In this document: piece after piece, positions 63,639-64,000 of the stretch
Position numbering within the stretch: position 1 is the first letter of the stretch
Layout: every line of letters begins with the position of its first letter
From: Solirubrobacteraceae bacterium
GTDB lineage: Bacteria > Actinomycetota > Thermoleophilia > Solirubrobacterales > Solirubrobacteraceae
DNA length: 64,000 nucleotides
NCBI GenBank assembly: GCA_036489875.1
Contig: DASXEZ010000160.1
Coordinates: forward strand, 17,106-81,105
Direction: 5' to 3'
Notes under the pieces: generated by a model
Databases searched by the model: none
What the model saw: the letters and a program-made list of their open reading frames with translations, nothing else
What the model was told of the DNA's origin: nothing
Translations under genes and position numbers: made by a program

Positions 63639-64000
63639 CTAGGCGCTCTCGGTGACGAGGCCGCTGAAGAAGTCGATGTCCTCGCCCTGCAGCTGGCAGA
63701 TCTCGACGTAGTGGCCGAGCTGCGCGGTCATGTCGACGTAACCCGCGCGAACGCGGTCGGGGATCAGGACCGTGTAGTCGAAGCGCAGCCCGGCGTCGTG
63801 CAGCAGCGAGCGCATGTCCTCCCAGCCCTCGTCACCGGTCTCCATGAAGGTCGCGAAGTGGTGGAAGCGGATCGCAAAGGAGCCGTCGCTCGGCAACAGC
63901 CGTGTGTAGAAGTCGACCGCGCCGGCGACCGGCTCGATCAACTCGACGATCAGGCCTCCACGCGAGCCCATCCCGAAGCGCGCCTCCCACGGTGCTGGAT
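63639..64000 (-). CDS. VOC (glyoxalase/bleomycin-resistance/dioxygenase) family protein, 5' end beyond the window
   Basis: The frame stays open upstream of the listed ATG (63971) to position 64000 (..PAPWEARFGMGSRGGLIVELIEP). A VOC-like beta-alpha-beta-beta-beta pattern is present. Confidence 0.55.
   Translation of the reverse strand, partial: PAPWEARFGMGSRGGLIVELIEPVAGAVDFYTRLLPSDGSFAIRFHHFATFMETGDEGWEDMRSLLHDAGLRFDYTVLIPDRVRAGYVDMTAQLGHYVEICQLQGEDIDFFSGLVTESA

Noticed and set aside
1-64000. CRISPR arrays, rRNA genes, insertion sequences, prophage or defence-system genes
   Set aside because: No regularly spaced direct repeats with unique spacers were seen, and no rRNA-like conserved stretches. 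No ORF had transposase, integrase, Cas, restriction or toxin-antitoxin motifs recognisable by eye.

Overview
This is a 64-kb, very G+C-rich bacterial chromosomal segment. Gene content and style look Actinomycetota-like: MMPL transporter, luciferase-like/F420-type oxidoreductase, PucR and ECF-sigma regulators, many GTG/TTG starts, and frequent 4-nt start/stop overlaps. The taxon cannot be fixed from sequence alone. I support about 55 protein-coding genes, one tRNA-Thr(CGU), one disrupted cyclophilin gene, several GC-rich hairpins and two intragenic repeat arrays. I saw no rRNA, CRISPR array, transposase or integrase.

Housekeeping and accessory content:
- msrA and katE
- a DrrAB-like ABC-2 exporter
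- an NMT1-like ABC importer
- a sugar-type ABC importer next to an esterase, a Baeyer-Villiger/flavin monooxygenase and a GntR regulator
- a NiCoT nickel/cobalt permease
- an ECF sigma with a putative anti-sigma factor

Three regions stand out:
1. 10.1-24.8 kb is an island made almost only of glycosyltransferase and methyltransferase modules. It includes a 1366-aa four-module protein, a bacterial GT6 (ABO/alpha3GalT family) domain that keeps the DXD motif, and a methyltransferase fused to a catalytically dead ABC-ATPase fold. I saw no exporter, priming enzyme or sugar-nucleotide genes.
2. 37.0-44.0 kb carries three co-directional genes for secreted low-complexity proteins. One is S/T/A/P-rich. 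One is an Asn/Gly repeat protein with three 100%-identical 80-bp repeat cores, a His-rich insert and 17 Cys in its last 77 aa. One is an 866-aa Gly-Gly-X array resembling mycobacterial PGRS domains, but with a Sec-type signal peptide instead of a PE domain. A frameshifted secreted cyclophilin and a start-less Gly-rich remnant flank them. This is my best candidate for an undescribed envelope/surface system.
3. 47.7-54.5 kb has a translationally coupled GT2-methyltransferase fusion and a GT-C-like membrane protein, placed divergently from a secreted protein with seven CarboxypepD_reg-like repeats.

All family calls come from motif recognition by eye. No database search was run.
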